From sequence record DRR378314_1695: 64,000 nucleotides of DNA; one strand, 5' to 3'. Under the pieces are notes generated by a model. The model worked only from the letters and a program-made list of their open reading frames with translations. It did no database searches and was not told the DNA's origin. This document shows positions 32,756 to 40,140 of this stretch, piece after piece (the first letter of the stretch is position 1; every line of letters starts with the position of its first letter). The position numbers and the translations under genes are program-made.

Positions 32756-33142
32756 ATGGAAAAACAAATCATATATAATTCAAATCTACATTTTGAAAAC
32801 GAAATTTGGAGGCGCGAACTCTTCTTTTGGCAGGATGAACTCATTATTTTCAATAACAGGCTTAGTGAACTGGTTACTAGGTGGACCAAAAAAGAGGTAT
32901 TAAAACAATTGGACCACTTTCAGAACGAATTTATCCTACATGGCGGAGTAATTGAGGATTTATTGGAAGAAATGGAAATCCATGAAACCCTTATGGCCGA
33001 TCAAGATTTGTTGTCACATGATGCCATGGATGCAATGATGGTAAAAAAACATATGAAATTTCGAAAAAAAATGGAGATACAGGAAGAAATCTATACAGAT
33101 CTTAAAAAGGAATTCTTTCGTTTTTTGACCAAGTACCTATAA
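32756..33142 (+). CDS. Hypothetical helical protein, paralog of 36147..36542
   Basis: Shared LHxExxxWxxxxxFWxDE, HExL and KH..R..M motifs. Confidence 0.75.
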   Translation: MEKQIIYNSNLHFENEIWRRELFFWQDELIIFNNRLSELVTRWTKKEVLKQLDHFQNEFILHGGVIEDLLEEMEIHETLMADQDLLSHDAMDAMMVKKHMKFRKKMEIQEEIYTDLKKEFFRFLTKYL

Positions 33143-33147
33143 GTTTT

Positions 33148-34830
33148 ATGTTTGGTATAAAATTTCCACAAAAACAAAATCTTAAAAGATACAACTCCCT
33201 ATTTGTAGTACTGACCAAATATGGGTTTGAGGATGTAATGGCCAGTAGCAGGGCAAGAAAATTCATCCCTAAAAATTACCTTTTAAAGCACCCTGATACG
33301 GCAAATAAATTATCAGAATCCACTTTTGAACGTATTCGCATGGTACTTGAGGAATTGGGTCCTTCCTATGTAAAGTTGGGGCAAATTATGAGCAACCGGG
33401 ACGATATGTTGCCACCGGACCTGGTTAAGGAGCTAGAAAAACTACAGGACCATGCTCCTCCCCTACAGAATTTTGACCTAGAAAAAGTTTTATCACAAGA
33501 ACTCGGTATCGACTGCTCCCAGCACTTCTCTTCCATTGATCCCAAACCTTTGGCGGCGGCCTCCTTGGCCCAAGTTCATAAAGCGCAGCTACTTAATGGG
33601 GATTGGGTTGTGTTAAAAATACAACGCCCCAATATAGCCGAAGTCATTGCTTCTGATATTTCCATTATGAAGGAAGTTGCGGAAGCTATGGAAAAATATA
33701 GCACACAGGTCAAGGCCTTTCAGCCATTAAAATTGGTGGAGTCCTTTGAAAAAAGCGTCAACGAAGAACTTAGTTTTCTTAGGGAAATGGACAATATGGA
33801 ACATTTCGCCAAAAATTTTGAGGGCAACGAGGCTATCTATGTCCCTCTTCTATATCGGGAATTGAGCAATGACCGCATAATATGTATGGAATGGGTAGAC
33901 GGAATAAAGGTTTCCCAACTGGAGAAATTAAAAGAAAGCAACATTGATTCCCGCTCCGTTGCCAAAGTTGGGGTAGATCTATATTTGGAACAGGTTTTGG
34001 AACATGGTTTTTTTCATGCCGACCCACACCCTGGAAATCTATTTGTGTTACCAGAGATCCAAAAAATCTGCTTTATAGATTTTGGCATGATGGGTACCAT
34101 TATGCCCAATGACAAGGAAGCACTTATAGAACTACTGCTTTGTTTTTTGAAAAAAGATGTAAGGAAATTAATTCCCGTCCTAAAAAAGATAGCCTTAAAA
34201 GCTGACATCCCGGATGAAAAAAAACTGGAGTATGATTTGTACGAATTGGTTGAAGGTATAAGTAATACATCTATCCGTAACATTAAACTTGGGATTACCT
34301 TAAAACAGTTCAAAAATGTTCTTTACGAGAATAAGATTACTATACCGCATTACCTATATATCCTTATAAGGGCCCTGGTAATAATTGAAGGTGTAGGCCT
34401 AAAATTGGATCCTGAATTCAACATAACGGATAATCTACAACCCTATATGGCCAAGATAACCCGTAAAAGGTTTGGCCTAAAGCGACTTTTTCAAAAGAAC
34501 CTGAATAGATTTCAGGATTACAATGCGCTGTTGGATAAATTGCCGACCGACATTAATGAAATAGTAGATAAGATTAAAGATGGAAAATTGGTTATTGTAC
34601 ATGAGCACAAAGGTCTGGACGATTTTAGAAAGTCTCTGAAAACTGCCTTTAACCGTTTGGTCTACGCGGTTATTATTGCCGCACTCTCCATTGGGTCTGC
34701 CCTTTTGGTAATGGCCGATATGCCTCCAAAGATTAGCGGAATACCCTTATTGGGCGCAATAGGTTTTAGTCTTTCCGCCATTATTGGATTGGTTATTCTA
34801 ATCTCAATTTATAGGAATAAGGAAGAGTAA
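33148..34830 (+). CDS. ABC1/UbiB (AarF) family atypical kinase
   Basis: YVKLGQ (KxGQ), AAASLAQVH, HADPHPGN, DFGM, C-terminal TMs. Confidence 0.9.
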   Translation: MFGIKFPQKQNLKRYNSLFVVLTKYGFEDVMASSRARKFIPKNYLLKHPDTANKLSESTFERIRMVLEELGPSYVKLGQIMSNRDDMLPPDLVKELEKLQDHAPPLQNFDLEKVLSQELGIDCSQHFSSIDPKPLAAASLAQVHKAQLLNGDWVVLKIQRPNIAEVIASDISIMKEVAEAMEKYSTQVKAFQPLKLVESFEKSVNEELSFLREMDNMEHFAKNFEGNEAIYVPLLYRELSNDRIICMEWVDGIKVSQLEKLKESNIDSRSVAKVGVDLYLEQVLEHGFFHADPHPGNLFVLPEIQKICFIDFGMMGTIMPNDKEALIELLLCFLKKDVRKLIPVLKKIALKADIPDEKKLEYDLYELVEGISNTSIRNIKLGITLKQFKNVLYENKITIPHYLYILIRALVIIEGVGLKLDPEFNITDNLQPYMAKITRKRFGLKRLFQKNLNRFQDYNALLDKLPTDINEIVDKIKDGKLVIVHEHKGLDDFRKSLKTAFNRLVYAVIIAALSIGSALLVMADMPPKISGIPLLGAIGFSLSAIIGLVILISIYRNKEE

Positions 34831-34968
34831 ACCTTATGCCATTTCTTCCATTAGATGATGACAGAATGGGCAAAACTTTAGGTGATCATTTTATAAATAC
34901 AGTTCGGAATCATTATCTTTATTCCTAATTGTATTTTTCATAGCATTGTCCAAAATAATATCCAAAAA

Positions 34969-35733
34969 ATGAGAATAATTTCATGGAATGTAAACGGCAT
35001 TAGGGCCGTTGCCAAAAAAGATTTTTTCGAATCCATAAATAAAATGGCACCTGATATTCTATGTCTTCAAGAGACCAAGGCCCAGGACCATGAGGTTGAG
35101 GAAACACTTTCGGATATGGAACATTATACCATGCATTACAATTCTGCCGATAAGAAGGGATATTCCGGTACAGCGCTACTGAGCAAAACAGAACCTCTAG
35201 CCGTGACCAAAGATATGCAGGTATCGGAGCACGATAGCGAAGGTAGAATACAGTGTGCGGAGTATAATGATTTTTATTTGGTAAATGTCTACGTGCCCAA
35301 TTCCGGACAGCAATTGGACCGTCTGGACTACCGTAAACAATGGGATGCCGATTTTCTGAACTACCTAAAAAACCTTGAAAAGACAAAACCTGTAATTGCT
35401 TGCGGGGACTTTAACGTGGCCCATAGGGCAATAGACCTTAAGAACGATAAAAGCAACTATAACAAAACTGCAGGATACACCCAAATTGAAATTGACGGAA
35501 TGGACAATTTTGTCAAATCTGGTTTTGTGGATTCGTTTCGGCATTTTCATCCAGATACCGTGGCATATACCTATTGGAGCTATCGCTTCAAGTCCAGGGA
35601 AAGAAATACCGGCTGGCGTATAGATTATTTCCTGGTAAGCAAGTCTTTGGTAGATCGTATAAAATCTGTAGATATCCTATCCGATTATTTTGGTTCCGAC
35701 CACTGCCCCATCTCTTTGGACATCGAATTCTAA
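34969..35733 (+). CDS. xth: Exodeoxyribonuclease III / AP endonuclease
   Basis: SWNVNGIRA, LQETK, GDFNVAH, WRIDYF, SDHCP. Confidence 0.95.
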   Translation: MRIISWNVNGIRAVAKKDFFESINKMAPDILCLQETKAQDHEVEETLSDMEHYTMHYNSADKKGYSGTALLSKTEPLAVTKDMQVSEHDSEGRIQCAEYNDFYLVNVYVPNSGQQLDRLDYRKQWDADFLNYLKNLEKTKPVIACGDFNVAHRAIDLKNDKSNYNKTAGYTQIEIDGMDNFVKSGFVDSFRHFHPDTVAYTYWSYRFKSRERNTGWRIDYFLVSKSLVDRIKSVDILSDYFGSDHCPISLDIEF

Positions 35734-36095
35734 AAAGATCCGTAGTGCCCTATGTATTCCTGTAGGACGCTAATCTGAAAATCTCCTACGACCTGGAGTT
35801 CAGAGTCGGCGTTCATAAGTACCAAACCATAGGCCAAATGCGACAACTTGCAGTCGCTCACAACTTGCTTTTGGATTCCGGTGAATACCGGCCTAAAATG
35901 TTGGTCTATATCCAAACCTGAAGATTTCCCAACGGTCATGGCCTTGACCACAGCTTCCGTAATTTGTGTGGGTGATAAACCTTGTTCCAACAAATCACTG
36001 GCCAGATGCTTCAACCGAAAGCTATAGTAGAATTCCAAAAAATTGGCAATACTATCCATTTTCTTATTTTCCGAAGTGTAAATTGAAATTTCCAT
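35730..36095 (-). CDS. Hypothetical protein resembling the N-terminal domain of DinD
   Basis: KAMTVGKSSGLDIDQHF...DCKLSHLAYGLVLMNAD pattern recalls DinD (by eye). Confidence 0.5.
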   Translation of the reverse strand: MEISIYTSENKKMDSIANFLEFYYSFRLKHLASDLLEQGLSPTQITEAVVKAMTVGKSSGLDIDQHFRPVFTGIQKQVVSDCKLSHLAYGLVLMNADSELQVVGDFQISVLQEYIGHYGSF

Positions 36096-36146
36096 AACTT
36101 TCAGTTCTTCATTCTACTTTCAACTTTTCATGGCGCTAAGGTATAA

Positions 36147-36542
36147 TCACAGTTTCTTGGCGTACCCAAAAACCATTTTTTTAAATTCCATAAAGTCTTT
36201 GGTAAACAAATCCATTTGGTCCCTGATATTTGAATGTTTTTCCCGGAAATCCTGATCGGATAGTCCTTTTTCCCCTTTTATTAAACGGGACAATAGCTTT
36301 TCATGTTCCACTATATCTGCCGCCAAATAATCAAATAAGGTTTCATGGATCTTGTCCAGATATTGTAACATCTGTCCGTATTCCGAAGCTTTTACCTGTT
36401 CCTTATCCAGCAAATCCGTAAAGAACCTGGCTTCATCCTTCCAAAAGGCAATGATGTTCAACCATTCCCTACTTTCCTTGTGTAAGGCATCCAGCCCTTC
36501 ACCTATCAATATTTCTTTTTTTGACTTTGGTCCAGTACTCAT
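36147..36542 (-). CDS. Hypothetical helical protein, paralog of 32756..33142
   Basis: LHKESREWLNIIAFWKDE, HEKL, KHSNIRDQM. Confidence 0.75.
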   Translation of the reverse strand: MSTGPKSKKEILIGEGLDALHKESREWLNIIAFWKDEARFFTDLLDKEQVKASEYGQMLQYLDKIHETLFDYLAADIVEHEKLLSRLIKGEKGLSDQDFREKHSNIRDQMDLFTKDFMEFKKMVFGYAKKL

Positions 36543-36569
36543 AGTTCCATAAATTAAAATTCCCAGTTG

Positions 36570-37337
36570 TTAGTCCAAATATCTTTTGATGAAGCTGGTC
36601 CTTAGACTTTTTCTTGCAGTCTTCAAAAGCGATTCTATTTCTTGAACGGTACTATTGTGTATTTTGGCAATTTCCGCTATACCAAATTGATGTTGCGTAA
36701 ATAGTTCAAATACCCTTCGCATTTGTTTGGGCATATGATATAGGACCATTTCTGAGTGTTTTCTAATGTTCTCCGCTCCCAACTCCTTATCCAATTGGAG
36801 TAATACTTTTTGATCGTCATCCCCAACAAAAATATGGTTTAGTACATAGTCATCCTTGGCATAGGAAATATCATCCAATTCTTCGTTCATAATTAAATCC
36901 CCGTCTCCATCCGTAGTGAATTTTTCCTGCATGCTTTCCCATTCAGGTTGCGAATAAGTATCTATATTTTCAAGGAACAAGGCATCAAATTCTTCCTCCA
37001 CAAAGATTGTCTCCAGCAATTCATCCACTTTCTTGAACATCCATGCATGCAGCTCATTTTTAATATTTATCTCATCCAAATGGTCATATACCTCTATAAA
37101 AAGCTGATCAATAATATCGTCCGCCTTATACCTGTTCCTATCTATCTTACCCTTTACCACGGCACGGTTGAGATTTTTTTGGACATATCGCCTCACTTTG
37201 GGCATCGTCTTTAACAATAACTGATTGAATGCCTTAAGGTCTCCCTCCTTTTTTAACCGTATTAAATCAGAAAAGGAATTGGCTACAAACACGTGAAACT
37301 CCCTTTGACTTTGAAATATATTTACTGACTCTTTCAT
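36570..37337 (-). CDS. Atypical sigma-70 (ECF-like) protein with region 2 and region 4 segments and an acidic linker
   Basis: GDLKAFNQL, ADDIIDQLFIEVY, HAWMFK (region 2-like); MPKQMRRVFEL and EIAKIHNSTVQEIESLLKTARKSLR (region 4 HTH-like). Confidence 0.65.
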   Translation of the reverse strand: MKESVNIFQSQREFHVFVANSFSDLIRLKKEGDLKAFNQLLLKTMPKVRRYVQKNLNRAVVKGKIDRNRYKADDIIDQLFIEVYDHLDEINIKNELHAWMFKKVDELLETIFVEEEFDALFLENIDTYSQPEWESMQEKFTTDGDGDLIMNEELDDISYAKDDYVLNHIFVGDDDQKVLLQLDKELGAENIRKHSEMVLYHMPKQMRRVFELFTQHQFGIAEIAKIHNSTVQEIESLLKTARKSLRTSFIKRYLD

Positions 37338-37371
37338 ACCTTATATTATTATATTTTAAATTGATATACTC

Positions 37372-37414
37372 CAAAAATGCCAACTTCCTTCATCTAAAAA
37401 AATGATTTAAATCA
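37372..37414 (-). promoter_or_regulatory. Crp/Fnr-type box plus -7 element (sigma-like operon)
   Basis: Perfect palindrome ATGATTTAAATCAT at 37402-37415; CATTTTTG on the minus strand 23 nt away. Confidence 0.82.
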
Positions 37415-37475
37415 TCTATCCCGAATCCATCCAGATAACTAAATCTTGGTTGTAATCCTAGAAGTGCTCTAGTAC

Positions 37476-37967
37476 TTAACCTAATTTCTCCAACTTTTCC
37501 TCTATCAGCTGCGTTTGCTGGAAAGTGTGGCGAACCAAAAGAAGTAAGTGTCCTTTTTTTAATGCTTTGAGATAAAAATTAACCTTATCCTCTGTTATGC
37601 CCAATCCCCTTAAAATTCCATACGGTCCGGCCGACATAGATCCCAGTGGTCTTCCCGATATATCAAATAGGAATTGGGAGGCCAAGGCTCCTGCAATAAA
37701 GAGGGATCCAAACTCTGTATGGGGAAATACTCCAAAATTTACCTTTTCTTTTAAAACCTTATTCCAATAAGCGTTCAACTCCGATTCTTGATCAAAATCC
37801 CAGTTGCCTTTGGCATCAAGATTGTTTCCAAGCTTTCCAAGGACAGATATTTGCGGTCTTTCTATATCTTCATCAAGAATAATTTCAATGGCCTTACGCA
37901 ACATCTTTAGATGCTCATAATCCCTCAAAATAAAATTATACACCGCTTTATTGACCCTAGTATTCAT
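37476..37967 (-). CDS. Hypothetical protein, general-stress / DUF1269-like
   Basis: LFIAGALAS...LRGLGITEDKVNFYLKALKKGHLLLLV pattern; start moved to ATG 37967, downstream of the promoter. Confidence 0.6.
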   Translation of the reverse strand: MNTRVNKAVYNFILRDYEHLKMLRKAIEIILDEDIERPQISVLGKLGNNLDAKGNWDFDQESELNAYWNKVLKEKVNFGVFPHTEFGSLFIAGALASQFLFDISGRPLGSMSAGPYGILRGLGITEDKVNFYLKALKKGHLLLLVRHTFQQTQLIEEKLEKLG

Positions 37968-38014
37968 TTGACACAAAAATGATGAAATGGCTAGGTTGGT
38001 ATATTCGTCCATCC

Positions 38015-38088
38015 CTAATTTAAGAACTAATGACTGTAAATGATATGATTTATATCATTTACAAACCATTTTAATAGACTTATTTTTG
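38015..38088. promoter_or_regulatory. Single Crp/Fnr-type box centred between divergent promoters
   Basis: TGATTTATATCA at 38046-38057; TATTTTTG at 38081 (plus) and TAAATTAG (minus), each 23 nt away. Confidence 0.85.
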
Positions 38089-38132
38089 AGTATCATTTTA
38101 AAATATGTAATAATCAAAAAAAATCAGTAATC

Positions 38133-38462
38133 ATGACAAACAACGACGGAAATATTCTTTTAGCTTTATTGACAGGTGCTGCCATAGGTGCAGGTATTGG
38201 AATTCTATATGCGCCGGATAAGGGCATAGAGACCCGGCATAAAATAAAGCAAAAAGTGGGGGAAACTACCCACGACCTAACAGAAAGAATCTCCCATGCC
38301 AAGGAAGAGCTTACCAAAACTGCCAATGAAAAAAAAGATGCATTTGACCGAAAACTGGACGAAGCCATCTCCACTATGAGCTATAAGGCAGATGACATTA
38401 TTGCTACCTTGGAGCGCAAATTGGAAGACTTAAAAAAGAAAAACGCCCAATTTCAAAAATAA
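38133..38462 (+). CDS. YtxH domain protein
   Basis: LLTGAAIGAGIGILYAPDKGIETR followed by a charged coiled coil. Confidence 0.88.
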   Translation: MTNNDGNILLALLTGAAIGAGIGILYAPDKGIETRHKIKQKVGETTHDLTERISHAKEELTKTANEKKDAFDRKLDEAISTMSYKADDIIATLERKLEDLKKKNAQFQK

Positions 38463-38468
38463 GGTAGT

Positions 38469-38813
38469 ATGGCCTTGGAAGAACTTAAGAGAGACCTTAC
38501 AGAAGCAGAAGCCGAGGTAAGGTCTTATCTAGAAAATAGCGAGGAGTATGCCAAGCTAAAAATATTTAAAGTACTTATGGAGCTTGTGACCATATTTGCG
38601 CAAACCCTTTTAATTGGGGCCTTGGCCCTACTTGCATTGGTTTTGTTATCTTGGGCCGCATCCAATGCCCTGAACGAAGCCTTGGAAAGTGCTTACCTTG
38701 GGTATTTACTGATTGGTATGAGCTATGTACTAATAGCTGTTATCTGTTATTTTCTTAGGAACAGGCTCAATGGGCCAGTACTACGTACATTTTCCAAACA
38801 TTATTTTGATTAA
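38469..38813 (+). CDS. YqjE-like (holin-annotated family) two-TM membrane protein
   Basis: EYAKLKIF followed by two TMs; position directly after ytxH. Confidence 0.65.
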   Translation: MALEELKRDLTEAEAEVRSYLENSEEYAKLKIFKVLMELVTIFAQTLLIGALALLALVLLSWAASNALNEALESAYLGYLLIGMSYVLIAVICYFLRNRLNGPVLRTFSKHYFD

Positions 38814-38817
38814 GACT

Positions 38818-39036
38818 ATGGGGAAGCAATACAACTCTTTTAAAGAAATTGATGAAAGGCTAATGGTTTTGAAATTACAGCGCAAAATTGAAATTGAAAG
38901 CCTTAAACTTAATATCAACCAGGTAAAGGCAAATCTAAGACCACTGCAATTGGCAGGAAACCTTAAAGGTAGCATACAACAAATGCTATTGATCTATGCT
39001 ATTAGGAAGCTAAAGTCCATATTCAGCAGAAGGTAA
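38818..39036 (+). CDS. Small hypothetical protein, third gene of the ytxH operon
   Basis: ATG 4 nt after the upstream stop; YNSFKEIDERLMVLKLQRKIEIESLK. Confidence 0.65.
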   Translation: MGKQYNSFKEIDERLMVLKLQRKIEIESLKLNINQVKANLRPLQLAGNLKGSIQQMLLIYAIRKLKSIFSRR

Positions 39037-39072
39037 CATCATAATTTTTGAAGCATATCCCCCATGACAAGC

Positions 39073-40140
39073 TTAAAAATCCGCTACCTCCCTAAGCCCC
39101 TTTTCATTTAAAATAATGATCCTTCTTCCATGATCGGTGGCGATCAGGCCTTCGTTCTTAAAATCCGTTAAGGTGCGGATAGCGGTTTCCGTTGCAGTAC
39201 CGATCATACCAGCGAAATCCTCCCTCGGTATTCCTATTCCCCCATTGGGTTTGTCCTGTATTACTTGTTTATCATAAAGTTCCAAAAGGGCCTTTGCAGC
39301 CCTTTGCCTTACCGAGGCAAATGCCATATCCACCAATTGTTCCTGCAGATGCATAAGATTATTCGAAATCATTCCAATAAATTTCTGTGAAACTACAGAG
39401 TTGCCATAAATTAATTTGGTAAAATCCTTCCTAGGTATGGCGCACATTTCGGCATCTTCCAACACAGTTGCATTTTCAACATAAACTTTATTGGAATTCA
39501 ATAGGGAAAGTTGCCCAACAAAATCCCCAGGGCCAAATATTCCTGTTACAAATTCCTTTCCGGATTCCGTGCTTTTATAGGTCTTAACACTGCCTTGTTC
39601 AATGAAATACAAAGAATTTGCGTTATCACCTTCCCAGAAAATTATATCCTTTTTATTGTATTTCTTTAGGGGGTAATCCTTGGAAAGACTCTTCATATCA
39701 ACGTATTGGGAGGCCTCGTCCAGGAATTTACTTAGGCCTTCCATGTTTTTGGCAATCTCCTTTTTAAGAAAGTCGCTCTTTCGTAATCGGGAGGAAATAG
39801 CTTCCAGCAATTCCTTTTCCTCAAATGGCTTGGTGAGATAATCGTCCGCCCCCAAATTCATTCCCAGTCTCACCTCTGCCCTATCGGTTTTTGCCGTCAA
39901 AAATATAAAGGGTATGCTAGCGGTTGTACTGTTTTTGCCCAATATTTCCAATACCCCATATCCGTCCAGTTCAGGCATCATTATATCGCATATGATTATG
40001 TCTGGCCTAAATTTTTCCGCAAGTTCTACCCCAATTTTTCCATTCTCGGCGGTAGCTACCTCGTAATTGGCCAATTCCAATATGTCTGCTGTATTTTCCC
40101 TTACATCCTTGTTATCTTCAATTAATAGAATCCTTTTCAT
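39073..40140 (-). CDS. Response regulator, REC plus cNMP-binding-like plus Crp/Fnr HTH
   Basis: LLIED, CDIMMP (phospho-Asp), FLTA, TKPF; beta-roll FIEQGSVK...GDFVG; HTH REDFAGMIGTATETAIRTL. Confidence 0.92.
   Translation of the reverse strand: MKRILLIEDNKDVRENTADILELANYEVATAENGKIGVELAEKFRPDIIICDIMMPELDGYGVLEILGKNSTTASIPFIFLTAKTDRAEVRLGMNLGADDYLTKPFEEKELLEAISSRLRKSDFLKKEIAKNMEGLSKFLDEASQYVDMKSLSKDYPLKKYNKKDIIFWEGDNANSLYFIEQGSVKTYKSTESGKEFVTGIFGPGDFVGQLSLLNSNKVYVENATVLEDAEMCAIPRKDFTKLIYGNSVVSQKFIGMISNNLMHLQEQLVDMAFASVRQRAAKALLELYDKQVIQDKPNGGIGIPREDFAGMIGTATETAIRTLTDFKNEGLIATDHGRRIIILNEKGLREVADF

Noticed and set aside
34969-35733. xth as a regulon member
   Set aside because: No box in its upstream gap; it could only be included by read-through from the UbiB kinase unit, which is unsupported.
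38469-38813. Holin-family protein as evidence of a prophage
   Set aside because: No phage genes nearby; the context is a ytxH stress operon.
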